NCBI GenBank assembly: GCA_051599415.1 | Contig: AP039689.1 | Span: 1,116,001 to 1,138,180 of the forward strand | Length of the DNA stretch: 22,180 nucleotides | Source: Savitreella phatthalungensis | Taxonomy: Eukaryota | Reading direction: 5' to 3' | Shown here: in pieces, positions 1 through 10,342 of the stretch | How the letters are laid out: the number at the start of each line of letters is the position of its first letter | How positions within the stretch are numbered: position 1 is the first letter of the stretch | Notes under the pieces: generated by a model | The model's database searches: none | What the model saw: the letters and a program-made list of their open reading frames with translations, nothing else | Told to the model about the DNA's origin: nothing | Made by a program: the position numbers and the translations under genes

Positions 1-2200
1 TCAGCGCTGCACGCTGTTCGTGTCTATTCTGGCATATCGTCGTTAATGCATGGAGATCTCTATCCATCGCTAAAATAGAGGCTGCCAGATCGCGAGCGTA
101 ATTTGCAAGCGATCCTGCCTTGGATCGGCTCCCTCGGAGTACACGATCAAGCAGCTGTCGACATTGCACAAGGATTTGTCCACAAATGAGCCCGTTGCCT
201 GCTGCTGCTACTTCGGCAAGCGCTTTCATCAGTCCGATCATGCATAAGTCCAGGGTATGTGCACGGACTAATGGTGGTGGCGCGGACGGCGGGCTGGTGA
301 AATGGCTGCGCATGATCAGCACGAGCGGTTGATGATCTTGAGGTTCTATTGAGGCGAGCTCAACGCTTTCCATGTCCATTAAGGCGGCCGTGACCTCAAA
401 TGTGAGCAATATCTTCCTGGAGCCGCCGGCTGGCAGGTGTCCAATGGAAAATTCGCGCACTTGACAAGGCTCGATTGCTTCTGCATTTAACGATTTCAGC
501 CTGACAGCCAGGGCCGCACTTCTGCTAGCCTTGACAGTGAACTTAAAGTCCTCGCGAGTCAGTGTCGATATCGTCTCGAGAGCATTAACGAGCAGAAGTT
601 CGAATTCAAATACGTCGCGGACAAAGGTGTATGTACCTCCTCCAGCCGAGCTCAATCGACTCAGAAGGACGGGATCATGACCTAGACCATAGCCAAATAT
701 GTGCAGCTTTGTGTTCAACAGAGGCGGTAGCTCATTGTGAGATTCAGTCATTTCCTTTGAGCTGCGATCGCAGACAATAGCAAATATGTGTCGACTTGGG
801 CAGCGCGTCTGGACGAGCGACTCTGCAGCGAGCTGCAACGCGTTCTGCAGTGAATCGCAACAGTGCCCTGCTTCCGACATTGGACCCATGTAATCAAGCG
901 CCTTAAGACGCTCTTGTAATGCCTGTTGACCTGGATGCAGCAGTACCTTGCAGCTCCGTTGATCGTATACAAGCAGGCCGCAAGCTGAATGCTCGTCCAA
1001 ACTACGCTCGATGCGACGAATCGCATGCTTGATACATGCAAGCTCGAGTCTTGTGTTGAGAACAATTGCTGGCAAGACGATGAAAAAATGTGTAGGGCTG
1101 GATCTTCTTGGTGTTTGTGATGGAAATTGCGTCGCAGGCGTTGCAAGCTCGCGGATTACATCGAGCTCCGCCACGCCCATATCGAGGAAGCTGTGGATCG
1201 ACGAATCTGCCAGCTCGCCACTCACAGATTCGTGACGCCCAGTCATCAAGCTCTCCCAGGCAGACCGCTCTGATGTGCTTGGGAATACAAGCTGATAAAT
1301 CACACCAGCACGATCCTTCAGTACCAGTAGATGTGCATCCAGCCCCAGATTCCTGTCCGTCATAAGCTCGACGAGCTTCAAGACGCCCTTGACGAGGAGA
1401 TTCATATAGGGTTTTCCGGGTGGCAACGACACGTGCTGCGATTCTGTGATGCATACCAAGACGTGCTCAAATAGATAGCACGAAAAGGTCTTCCAGATAC
1501 CACGGAACCCGATCTCAATGTTGCTTCGACGGAGAAGCCCTCCAACGGTCTCCAAATCGAGACCGTTCCAGTGGGCCACGCGTCGGCGTAATTCTTCCGT
1601 GAGAAAGGTCCGATCATCGAAGCAGGAGGCGCGATGAATTAACTTGCGGTCGCTATGCGCCTCCTGAGATCCCGTAGAAATGGTCATCAGAACATCGAGT
1701 TGTTGAATGACATTGACGTGACTGGCCTGAAGATGGGGACGACTTGGCTGCAGTTCTATCGTGATCGCTGGTGGCGAACGTGAGTCGAGCTGCGAAACAG
1801 CCGAACGATGTGACTGCACCTGGATGCAAATCGCACATCGCGGGTGTGCCGCCTCGATCAGTTTGGAGCCTCTACCCGTTTCGTCATATACCTGCAGTAG
1901 CACGCGGCCATGGCAGCTTCCATGGAGCTGATGCCCGCAAGCGAAGTACAGCACGGGCTCATCGACATCTTTGACGCTGAGCCGACGATCGCAAAGGGCA
2001 CAAATCCGTTCTGAATCAGGAGGCGACCACGAATCTTGCAGTGAAGCCTCGCCTCTCCCAACATTTACATCGACTGGGACAGCCATTGGAGCAGCGGCAG
2101 CTTTGCCTAGTCCTTGCTTTTTCGTACCACCACGCACGATGTCCGCGACCGCCGTTTGACTTGGTACAGGAAGACTGAGACCTCCTCCTGACGCAAACAT
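1..2200 (-). CDS. RING-H2 + PH + von Willebrand A domain protein (Far1/Ste5-family scaffold-like), 3'-truncated by the window edge
   Basis: Hand translation gives a stop-free minus-strand frame from ATG 2200 (an in-frame ATG also lies at 2329) to the window start, about 733 codons. It is absent from the ORF track because there is no stop in the window. It contains a RING-H2 (CALC...FACGHQLHGSC...CAIC), a PH-like segment (RRVAHWNGLDLETVGGL...WKTFSCYLFEHVLVCITE) and a vWA-like segment (CGLLVYD...LHIFGYGLGHDPVLLSRLSSAGGGTYTFVRD). Confidence 0.8.
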   Translation of the reverse strand, partial: MFASGGGLSLPVPSQTAVADIVRGGTKKQGLGKAAAAPMAVPVDVNVGRGEASLQDSWSPPDSERICALCDRRLSVKDVDEPVLYFACGHQLHGSCHGRVLLQVYDETGRGSKLIEAAHPRCAICIQVQSHRSAVSQLDSRSPPAITIELQPSRPHLQASHVNVIQQLDVLMTISTGSQEAHSDRKLIHRASCFDDRTFLTEELRRRVAHWNGLDLETVGGLLRRSNIEIGFRGIWKTFSCYLFEHVLVCITESQHVSLPPGKPYMNLLVKGVLKLVELMTDRNLGLDAHLLVLKDRAGVIYQLVFPSTSERSAWESLMTGRHESVSGELADSSIHSFLDMGVAELDVIRELATPATQFPSQTPRRSSPTHFFIVLPAIVLNTRLELACIKHAIRRIERSLDEHSACGLLVYDQRSCKVLLHPGQQALQERLKALDYMGPMSEAGHCCDSLQNALQLAAESLVQTRCPSRHIFAIVCDRSSKEMTESHNELPPLLNTKLHIFGYGLGHDPVLLSRLSSAGGGTYTFVRDVFEFELLLVNALETISTLTREDFKFTVKASRSAALAVRLKSLNAEAIEPCQVREFSIGHLPAGGSRKILLTFEVTAALMDMESVELASIEPQDHQPLVLIMRSHFTSPPSAPPPLVRAHTLDLCMIGLMKALAEVAAAGNGLICGQILVQCRQLLDRVLRGSRSKAGSLANYARDLAASILAMDRDLHALTTICQNRHEQRAAL

Positions 2201-2484
2201 CGCGCCAGACGTCACGCCGGCAGAACGAGCTCGCAAATATGTGTCGCGACAATCGACCAAAGCAAGTTTGCTCGTGGTAGGCGTGCTAGTTTGGTGACAG
2301 CACTTTGATCGGTCGCAGCCCACAAACATCAGGAAATCGCAGACGGGTGCTTGTCTCACCTCCTGATTCGAGTCAGAGCTCTGTTTCGCATGGATGGCCT
2401 CGTTTGAGACATATTAGCACGGCATTATGACGGGTCCATGATATAGCTCGAGTCATCCACAGAAGGCTGACCATATAGACCACC

Positions 2485-3069
2485 ATGACCGTCACGGAGC
2501 TGTCGCTGGGCGTCGCTCGAAGTGGTCAGATTGCCTTTGGAGTGCTGACGCTCGGCTTGAGCAGCGGCGCCGTCGCAAATTACAATGCACAGAAGGGTGG
2601 TCGCGATACTAACAACTTTGCCGTGTTTCAATCACTGCTTTCGCTGCTCAGCGTTGCCCTGCTTGTAACGTCACAATTCTTCTTCATCAGCCGGTTTGAA
2701 GGATACGCCGATTACTTGAGTTGCGCCCTGATTGTCGAAGCACTGAATTGGATCTTCCTCTTCGCCAGCTGGATCGCTATTGCGCAGTTCCGGAACAGCG
2801 GTCATTGCGTCGGAAATTCGCTGTATGACAAGATCTGTGCAATCGATGGCGCCCTCTTGGCATTTCAGATTATGCTTTGGCTTGCCTGGACCGCCAGTCT
2901 GGTCCTTGTGGCCAAGCTCAAATATGGGGAGCGTCAAGACTTCAAGACGAACCGGGAGATTGAGCTGCGTATCAAGAACGCGGTCGAGGCAGGAAGCAGG
3001 CTCGAGGAGGGAGTTTCCAAAAGCTCGAATGGGCCGGTAGCACTTCCAAAGGTAGAAGGTGATCCATAA
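2485..3069 (+). CDS. MARVEL (membrane-associating) domain 4-TM protein
   Basis: 194 aa with four hydrophobic segments; the patterns RSGQIAFGVLTLGLS and EALNWIFLFASWIAIA and a Cys pair in the second loop are typical of fungal MARVEL proteins. Confidence 0.75.
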   Translation: MTVTELSLGVARSGQIAFGVLTLGLSSGAVANYNAQKGGRDTNNFAVFQSLLSLLSVALLVTSQFFFISRFEGYADYLSCALIVEALNWIFLFASWIAIAQFRNSGHCVGNSLYDKICAIDGALLAFQIMLWLAWTASLVLVAKLKYGERQDFKTNREIELRIKNAVEAGSRLEEGVSKSSNGPVALPKVEGDP

Positions 3070-3074
3070 GCGTA

Positions 3075-4289
3075 TCAAGGCATGATGAAGGAGAGAAGGC
3101 TACCCGCGATCAGGCCAGCCGAGAGCATCGAGCTCATCAAAGCTGACCTCTGCTGCTGTTGTCCCGGGGGACTACAAGCCACTGCAGCCTCCATACAAGC
3201 AGAACCAACGTAGCCATTTGAAATGCCAAAGACTGCAAGCCACGCAAAGAACAAAACGTCGCTGCCAACGACAGCGCCGACGCCGTTGACATTATTCATA
3301 TACAGAATCGGTAGCAGGATGATTCGCGCCATCGCTAGACTGAGCAGAACTCGGGCTGATCGTTGGCGTAAGTGGCCGCTGCCGAGTGCGAGTCGTCCAC
3401 AGAGGTCTCCCACGTTCCAGATCAAGAAGCCGGAGGCAACAAATACTGCAGCAGATGTATCCGGTCGCACGCTAATGACATGTGCCGTGACTGAAGGGAA
3501 GACAGCCAATGTGATTGCGAAGACAAGAAAAACAGCCCAGGGTAACGGCTCACGCAGGAACGATCTGATATCAGCTTCGCAGGACAGCGTCGCCTGACGC
3601 TCTTCGGGCGCAACCAGCTCCTCTCTGCCCAAGTGACGACCAGCCACTAGAGCGAGCAAACCCATCACTGACGCCGAAGCGAAATACATTGCCGCCTGTA
3701 TATTGTTCGCGCGCCTGTCCGTTCCGTCGTCACCTGCGACAGCGAGACTAAGGCTCAATATCGGAGGTGCTATGCCTGCGATGCCTTGTCCAATCATCAA
3801 CGCTGGAATGGCAGCGCAAGTTGCGCGGCCTGCCAAGCTGAAAGCTGCGACTTGCAGCACTCCGACTGCCGTAGCGGCCACCACATTCGCAGCAAGAGCG
3901 GAAGCAAAAAAAACGGTGGCGTCGTTAACAGCTAGCGTGATGATCGAGGTCAGAATGAAAGTAATCACAATGGTGAGACCAGTTGAGCTGATGCGCCGAA
4001 ACGGGTCGCTCTCGTTGACCGTGCGCGCCGCGTACAGCACGCTTGCAAAGCTTACCAGCGTAAAGCAAGACGTGAAGATCGAGCTGTAGTATTGATGCAG
4101 GAATGCTCGACCATCGAACGCCTTCGAAAAGAAGTCACTTGCTGTTATGAACGTATTCCACGGCCACAAAATCGCAACGCCGAGTAGTCCAAAGGACAAG
4201 CACCCGCCAAGGTCACCATGCCGCTGCGTTATCGGGATGTCTTCATCAAGATCGCACGATTGCCTCGAGTCAAGCAGCGGCTCGGCCAT
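3075..4289 (-). CDS. Equilibrative nucleoside transporter (ENT/SLC29, Fun26-like)
   Basis: ENT motifs LLGVAILWPWNTFITASDFF, GQGIAG, ITLAVFP, WNVGDLCGR and FGISNGYV. The first ATG is at 4289; the ORF-track start at 4322 is a TTG. Confidence 0.88.
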   Translation of the reverse strand: MAEPLLDSRQSCDLDEDIPITQRHGDLGGCLSFGLLGVAILWPWNTFITASDFFSKAFDGRAFLHQYYSSIFTSCFTLVSFASVLYAARTVNESDPFRRISSTGLTIVITFILTSIITLAVNDATVFFASALAANVVAATAVGVLQVAAFSLAGRATCAAIPALMIGQGIAGIAPPILSLSLAVAGDDGTDRRANNIQAAMYFASASVMGLLALVAGRHLGREELVAPEERQATLSCEADIRSFLREPLPWAVFLVFAITLAVFPSVTAHVISVRPDTSAAVFVASGFLIWNVGDLCGRLALGSGHLRQRSARVLLSLAMARIILLPILYMNNVNGVGAVVGSDVLFFAWLAVFGISNGYVGSACMEAAVACSPPGQQQQRSALMSSMLSAGLIAGSLLSFIMP

Positions 4290-4467
4290 CAACCTTGAAG
4301 AACAACGAACAGTACCCTCCAAATTTATGGTGTCCGACAGGTGATCACGGAGTTTGATAGATCAACAGATGTACGTGCACGAGAACATTTGCCCGATCTG
4401 GAAATTCTTCTGACTTCAGTGGTGCATGCCCTGAAAAGATTACAGCCAGGTCGACATCGTCTCGAGC

Positions 4468-5352
4468 ATGCCTCGCGACATTGAGCCGTCCTTGGCCGAA
4501 GCAAACTTCCTTTTATCTGCTCTTTCACAAGGCACACGGCTCGATGGACGAGCGGCGGATGCCTTCCGGGACTTGAGCCTTGCCTTCACGTCCGACGAGT
4601 ACGGTGTATGTACTGTTTGTTTGGGCAAGACACGCGTATGCTGCCGAGTTACAGCCGAAATTGCTAGACCGTATACAGACCGACCATTCGAGGGAAGCTT
4701 CATTTGTAACACGGAGCTTTCACCCATGGCCAGTACAACTTTTGAGGTTGGCCGACCAACTGAGGACGAGATAGTCATCTCACGCTTGTTGGAAAAGGCA
4801 ATTCGGCGATCACGCGCTCTGGATACGGAGTCTCTCTGCATCGTCGCAGGAAAGAACTGCTGGACTATCCGAGCTGATGTACTCTTCCTCAACCACGATG
4901 GCAACCTGGTCGATGCCGCATGCATTGCAGTCGTCGGCGCGCTGCTCGACTTTCGACGGAACGAGGTCTCAGTCAATGGCTCCGAGGTCACTATACATCC
5001 TGTCACCGAGCGCGTACCGATCCCGCTCGCCATCAACTTCCTTCCCATCACAATAACATTTTGGTTCTTCAACGGCGGACGGATATCGCTCATGGATTGC
5101 TCCCACGAGGAGGAGCGCCAGGCCGAGGGCTCGATGACTATCACACTTGACAAGACCGGTCACATCTGCCAGGTTTCCAAGAGCGGCGGAGTGTCTCTTC
5201 AACCAGAAATCATCATGGCTTGCGTGACGTTGGCCCAAGCATCTTGCGAAAGTCTCACACTGGTCATTCAAAATGCCGTCGATGCAGATTTACGCATGAA
5301 GGAAGAGGTCTGGCACGGCGGTTCGGCCGCCAATACCCGTCTGCAGACGTGA
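4468..5352 (+). CDS. RRP45: Exosome complex RNase PH-like subunit Rrp45
   Basis: MPRDIEPS N-terminus, RLDGR, LGKTRV, PYTDRPFEG, ELSPMA, RLLEKAIRRSRALDTESLCIVAG and NHDGNLVDA. Confidence 0.95.
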   Translation: MPRDIEPSLAEANFLLSALSQGTRLDGRAADAFRDLSLAFTSDEYGVCTVCLGKTRVCCRVTAEIARPYTDRPFEGSFICNTELSPMASTTFEVGRPTEDEIVISRLLEKAIRRSRALDTESLCIVAGKNCWTIRADVLFLNHDGNLVDAACIAVVGALLDFRRNEVSVNGSEVTIHPVTERVPIPLAINFLPITITFWFFNGGRISLMDCSHEEERQAEGSMTITLDKTGHICQVSKSGGVSLQPEIIMACVTLAQASCESLTLVIQNAVDADLRMKEEVWHGGSAANTRLQT

Positions 5353-5553
5353 GGACGCGCCTCCGCCACTTGTGCCTGTCTTTTTACCGTGGAGATGCCA
5401 TGAAATCAATATAAACCCAGCCTGACCAAATGTACGTACGTCCTAATGAATATACAATCAGCTTATACTCCAAGCCTATGATGTGCTTCGGAGATTAGAT
5501 GCATCTAGCTAGGTGGGAAGCGCTACTTGCACTTCATTCGCCTGTCACCACAA

Positions 5554-6561
5554 ATGCTCGTTCTCGGATCAAACGGTAGTGGACAGCTTGGCACGAGTCA
5601 CGATCGCGATGTGCACGCTGTCGAGCGAGTCGTCCTACCGGCAGAGCTGGACGGGGCAAAGCCTGCGGTCGTATGCGGTGGAAATCATACGCTGCTGATG
5701 ACTCGCGGCCATGTCTATGCCGCGGGATCGAATTTGCATGGTGAGCTCGGACTCGGCGAGATCTCAGGGCTTTCCCAATTCACGCGCATTCACGCGGAGC
5801 GACAATGGGCATTGGCCGCTTGTGGCTTCGCATTTTCTGTGCTCGTGTCTACAGATGGTGAGATTTATAGTACCGGCGAATGCAGCAAGGGTTCATTGGG
5901 GATTGACCAGGACGTTGCGCGCCGGCTTACATTCGTCGCGCGTCACGATGTCATCGAGATCAAGGCTGGTATTGACCACGTCATTGCACGACTTCGAGAT
6001 GGCACATTGCTGGGCTGGGGCAATGGGCGGCGAGGTGCACTCGGTCCTCAATATCTATCATTGCGTCGCAAGCCTGATGTGATAGGCGAGCGATCAATGA
6101 TACAGGAGCTATGCTGTGGGAACGGCTGGACCTGCCTGTTGTTTGAGGATGGAAGATTGGAATTGCTCGGTAGCAATAGATGGATCTCAGCGGCTCCTGC
6201 TGGTCACTTTTGCAGCATAGCTGCCAACTGGTCAACACTGCATGCCATGACACCTGCCGGGCAGATCATCTCGATTGGGCGCGCTGACCGAGGTCAGTGC
6301 CGGCCCGAAGGTCTTCCGCAAGCCAAATTACTGGCTTCCGGGAGTGAACACGCGGGCATCATCACACGAGACAACCTCGTGTACCTCTGGGGCTGGAACG
6401 AGCATGGGAGCTGTGGTGACACAAGTTTGCAAGACGTTGTAAAGGCAAAAATCCTCTCTGTCGAACCGCAATCAGCGCTAATCCTTGGCTACGGCACGAC
6501 ATTTCTTTTCCCCACAATTCCGGCCGGGCAAGTGCCGGAAAGCGCAATTCCGTATTCATGA
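5554..6561 (+). CDS. RCC1-repeat protein, Ats1/Kti13-like
   Basis: Starts MLVLGSNGSGQLG and carries the RCC1 repeats CGGNHTL, GWGNGRRGALG, ASGSEH and WGWNEHGSCG. ATG at 5554; the track start at 5527 is a TTG. Confidence 0.8.
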   Translation: MLVLGSNGSGQLGTSHDRDVHAVERVVLPAELDGAKPAVVCGGNHTLLMTRGHVYAAGSNLHGELGLGEISGLSQFTRIHAERQWALAACGFAFSVLVSTDGEIYSTGECSKGSLGIDQDVARRLTFVARHDVIEIKAGIDHVIARLRDGTLLGWGNGRRGALGPQYLSLRRKPDVIGERSMIQELCCGNGWTCLLFEDGRLELLGSNRWISAAPAGHFCSIAANWSTLHAMTPAGQIISIGRADRGQCRPEGLPQAKLLASGSEHAGIITRDNLVYLWGWNEHGSCGDTSLQDVVKAKILSVEPQSALILGYGTTFLFPTIPAGQVPESAIPYS

Positions 6562-6607
6562 ATGTGCGACACTCGCACGAGCCTTCTATCCCGACATTAT
6601 CACCAAG

Positions 6608-7498
6608 ATGACTCGAATCATTGTCTACGGCTATCCGGCCTCTCCATACTTTCAGAAAGTGCTCTTGACTCTGGCTTTCTGTGGTCTTGACCACGAGATC
6701 TGCCCCGAGCCACGCGTATTGCCGCGACCGGATTTCGAATCGATCGGGATCACCTACCGGCGCATCCCTTTGGTCTCGATCGGAAGCGAGCTATACGCTG
6801 ACACCAGCCTCATCATCTCAAAATTATGCGAACTTGCAGGAAAGCAGAACGCTCGTGCTTTTGAGACCTTTGCCAATTCTCAATTCCATCTCGGCGCGGG
6901 CCTTATTCCTTTCGAACTTATCAATGATGAAGCTTTCTTGAAAGATAGGTCAGCCTTGACCGGCCGGCCGTGGGATGAGGAGACGATCAAGCGCAATCGT
7001 CCTATTGTCGCATCCCAATTCCTCTCATTCAGTGAGATTGTCTCTGGCATGCTAAGGCAAGATAAATTCATCAATGGTCCATCGATGTCGATGGCTGACG
7101 TTCATGTCCTCTTTTTGATGCAGTGGATCCTGCTCGGGCACAAGGGTGGAAGAAAGGAAGTCTCGCCCGAGAGCCATCGAGAAATCTACCAATGGATGTC
7201 CAGCTGTCACGAGGCACTTCCGAAGGTGAAAGGCGTCAAGATCACTTTCGACGAAGCTCGCCCTGCCCTGCTACAATCGTCGAGCTCTTCTGCTGGAAGT
7301 ACGTACGTTGAGCCTCTTGGCTTCAAGGTAGGTGACTCGGCATCTGTTACACCGATGGACACCGGCCGAACGCATCCTCAAATCGGCACGATTGTCGACA
7401 TCAATGCGAGTGAGATCACGCTTCGCACTGACAAGGGCGCTCAAATCCACTTTCCGCGGCTCAACTACGTCGTCAAGCCATCCAAATCACGGCTATGA
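6608..7498 (+). CDS. Glutathione S-transferase-like protein (fungal GST_N3 type with C-terminal beta domain)
   Basis: YGYPASPYFQKV, VLPRPD...GITYRRIP, YADTSLII and SMADVH motifs, with a C-terminal VTPMDTGRTHPQIG...IHFPRLNY. ATG at 6608. Confidence 0.82.
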   Translation: MTRIIVYGYPASPYFQKVLLTLAFCGLDHEICPEPRVLPRPDFESIGITYRRIPLVSIGSELYADTSLIISKLCELAGKQNARAFETFANSQFHLGAGLIPFELINDEAFLKDRSALTGRPWDEETIKRNRPIVASQFLSFSEIVSGMLRQDKFINGPSMSMADVHVLFLMQWILLGHKGGRKEVSPESHREIYQWMSSCHEALPKVKGVKITFDEARPALLQSSSSSAGSTYVEPLGFKVGDSASVTPMDTGRTHPQIGTIVDINASEITLRTDKGAQIHFPRLNYVVKPSKSRL

Positions 7499-7806
7499 AG
7501 CTCGGAATCATCGACTTTGTCATAGACACCTTCTGTAGTACCCAGGCCTCTATTTGACCAGTAGTGTGATCTCTGAGGCAGATCTTTCGATGTCCGATCG
7601 TCCCTGCTCACGTAGCTACGTTTAGATGGCAATTATCATCGGGAAACCTGGTCACCATGAGCCTGTGTGCTGGCTACATCACAAGAAGTTTTGCATGCGA
7701 TCAATTGAATATTTGAAGTTGGCAACGGCGCCGGAGTAAACACTCGAAGACAAAATACACAAACATACAAAACTGTGCGCGGACCACGCCTTGCGGAAAC
7801 ATTCAG

Positions 7807-9168
7807 ATGCGAGCGGTTTACGGGCGGCATAAGCGCTCGCACACCACCGTCGGCACGTCAGAGCTGCTTTGGGATGAGGCGATGTCCTCGCCAGGCAACG
7901 CCAGCAAGCACATCATATTCCACGATGTCGCTTCAATAGAGACGAGCTCCCGCAACGAAGTTAATTCGCCAATCAGGGCAGTATTGTCAACGCTATCTGC
8001 AGCAGCAATAAATTTCGTACCCAGAAACCTCTTCAGTCCGAGGGGAACGGCGAAAGACAAGCCATGCAACCAGAAGGAGGATGATGACTTAGGTGCTCTG
8101 CAACATCAGCTCGCGCAGCTGTCTGTCAATCAGCCCACAGCTTGGGAGCCTTTGGTGCTGCAAGAAACTGTCGAACTTTCCGTATTGCTTGACTACGTCA
8201 AGCAAGAACAACCTCTAGACTTTGAACAGTACGCTGAATCACTCGATAGGATATCCAAGCTCGGCGAGGCGTCTTACGCAGAGGTCTTTCAGCACAATCG
8301 ATCGATTCTGAAGGTAATTCCCTTTGGGAAAGGTATTGCGGACATCCCCGTTCGAGATATCTTGCAAGAGATTCGCTGTGCACAAACAGTCGCTTCGATT
8401 GAGGGCTTCGTGAAGGTTGAATACGTGCGAATCGTTCGCGGCGTTTTCCCAGACAAGCTTCTTGCGGCGTGGGACGACTACGCCAAGGCGCGCGGAACAG
8501 AGAATGAGCGACCAACATATGGAGCTCATTCTTTGTTCGCTGTGATCGCACTCGAGCACGGTGGAACAGATCTCGAGCGATTCGAGCTAGCAAGCTGGCA
8601 ACAGGCACTCGACATCCTGCTTGGTGTCGTGCGTGCACTGGCGACTGCAGAAGAGCGCCACCAATTCGAACATCGCGATCTGCACTGGGGTAATGTCCTC
8701 GTCACCGACGACAGCTCCGTCCGACCGATCATCATTGACTATACACTTTCGCGCTGCAGCCCTGCAGATGGCCTCTCTCGCGTGGCACACAACAGCTTTC
8801 GTGACGAAGCCTTGTTCGAGGCAGATGGCGAAGTCGACTATCAGTTCGACATTTACAGGTACATGCGAGATGCTCGCCATGTCCTCGGTTCTCCCGTGCA
8901 GGACGACTGGGTGAGCTTCACCCCCGTGACAAATGTCCTGTGGGTTCACTACCTGGTAGACAAGTTGCTGTATCACAAGAAGTTGCGAGCGCCTAAGGGA
9001 GGCAAAGGCCACCGTCGGGCGCGATCCACTGGCGATGCATTGAATCAGAGCCTGATCGCGTACAAGCGTCTAAAGCACATTCACCAGCTGATTGACATTC
9101 GTCGCTACACGGATGCGTCGGAGCTACCGCAGAATTGTCGCGAGCTTTTGCTCTCACTGGACGCATGA
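7807..9168 (+). CDS. Haspin-family protein kinase (Hrk1/Alk1-like)
   Basis: KLGEASYAEVF, FEHRDLHWGNVL, IIDYTLSR (DYT in place of DFG), YQFDIYRYMR and TNVLWVHYL are haspin-diagnostic. Confidence 0.93.
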   Translation: MRAVYGRHKRSHTTVGTSELLWDEAMSSPGNASKHIIFHDVASIETSSRNEVNSPIRAVLSTLSAAAINFVPRNLFSPRGTAKDKPCNQKEDDDLGALQHQLAQLSVNQPTAWEPLVLQETVELSVLLDYVKQEQPLDFEQYAESLDRISKLGEASYAEVFQHNRSILKVIPFGKGIADIPVRDILQEIRCAQTVASIEGFVKVEYVRIVRGVFPDKLLAAWDDYAKARGTENERPTYGAHSLFAVIALEHGGTDLERFELASWQQALDILLGVVRALATAEERHQFEHRDLHWGNVLVTDDSSVRPIIIDYTLSRCSPADGLSRVAHNSFRDEALFEADGEVDYQFDIYRYMRDARHVLGSPVQDDWVSFTPVTNVLWVHYLVDKLLYHKKLRAPKGGKGHRRARSTGDALNQSLIAYKRLKHIHQLIDIRRYTDASELPQNCRELLLSLDA

Positions 9169-9186
9169 AGTTTCACCGTGTCCAAA

Positions 9187-10197
9187 TCATACGTAAGAAA
9201 CCTTCATGCCCATGCTAATAGTGCGCCAGAGGGCCTGGAATGCGGCGCGGAGGCGATCGCGAATTTCCTGCCGGCCGGCCGCGCCGAATAAGATGCAGAG
9301 AAGCAGCAGAACCTGAGCGAGGCGCGCGTTGACGCGGATGCCAGCGAGTAACGGAATGCGAGAGAGTAATTTCGAAGGCGCAGGCCTCCTCTCAGCAGGG
9401 GTCCGCTCTTTCACTGACTCCTCCGCTGGAGGCAGCTGTTGCGCCTGTGTGTCCGACGTGGCCGAGGCCTCTGCAGTTCCGCCAGATCGCGTGCCCTTAC
9501 GTGAACCAGTGATACTTTTGCGCTTCGCCCGGCGCATGGCATTCTCCTCCGCGGCGAGCCGCGCGGCCACGGATGCTTCCCGTCTCGCAGCTTCGCGCGC
9601 CTGGAAGGCGGCTTCGTGCTCCTTCAAGCTAATCAGAGAAGATGCTAGCGTGCTTCGCCGTTCCTCCGACAGCAGCGTTAGGGAATCGATATAGCCGCCA
9701 GCTTCATCATACCCCTGACAATGAGGCAGGATTTTAAGCACATAGAGCTCCATCGCTTGATCAAAGTGCGATCCCTCTGGTTTGACCCTGGAAAGATACT
9801 CCTCGAACATGTCCTGTAATCGATGTTTATCGCTGCCGTGCTTACATAGCACTGAGACCAGTTGTCTGAGAATGGGTACAGGGATGTTGTCGTCTTCGAA
9901 CTCGGCCTGAGCCTCCTGAAAGATACCATACGACCTGAGCCGCTCTAAATGATGTTCGAATCTTCTATCGGGCGACGAGCTGCTGCATAGGGCATCAAGA
10001 GTGGCCAGCTCAAGGATGAAGGCGCGTTGATGTGCTCGCTCATCTGCTTGAGTTCGCGCTCGGAGCCTTGATAACGTCTCCAAGGCCTCGGCAAATTCGC
10101 GATTGACATACTCTCGTGTTGCTCGGACATACAGATTAGTGCTGAATGAGTCATCGATTATCGAAGCCGGCCGGTCCGGCAACGAGGGAGCTGCCAT
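9187..10197 (-). CDS. PEX26: Peroxin Pex26-like tail-anchored protein
   Basis: Helical N-terminal part (ELYVLKILP), a charged or disordered middle, a single C-terminal TM segment and the terminal TISMGMKVSYV motif resembling fungal Pex26. Confidence 0.7.
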   Translation of the reverse strand: MAAPSLPDRPASIIDDSFSTNLYVRATREYVNREFAEALETLSRLRARTQADERAHQRAFILELATLDALCSSSSPDRRFEHHLERLRSYGIFQEAQAEFEDDNIPVPILRQLVSVLCKHGSDKHRLQDMFEEYLSRVKPEGSHFDQAMELYVLKILPHCQGYDEAGGYIDSLTLLSEERRSTLASSLISLKEHEAAFQAREAARREASVAARLAAEENAMRRAKRKSITGSRKGTRSGGTAEASATSDTQAQQLPPAEESVKERTPAERRPAPSKLLSRIPLLAGIRVNARLAQVLLLLCILFGAAGRQEIRDRLRAAFQALWRTISMGMKVSYV

Positions 10198-10342
10198 ACA
10201 GAGTGCTCCTGATGCTGCGGTTGCGCTCGCGTCGACTGACTTGTGCTGTGTGAACCCCGCACCGGCCCGTGCAAGTTCTGTCTATCCACAGGTTACACGA
10301 CGAACATTTTATTTTCTTATCTCGGACTACAAGAGGTCGAGC

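Noticed and set aside
120..2252. Many short ORFs in the track
   Set aside because: They are alternative-frame or antisense shadows of the long RING-PH-vWA CDS.
6485..6607. Overlap of the GST ORF with the ATS1-like CDS
   Set aside because: The track start is a TTG; the first ATG at 6608 coincides with the domain start, so the CDSs do not overlap.
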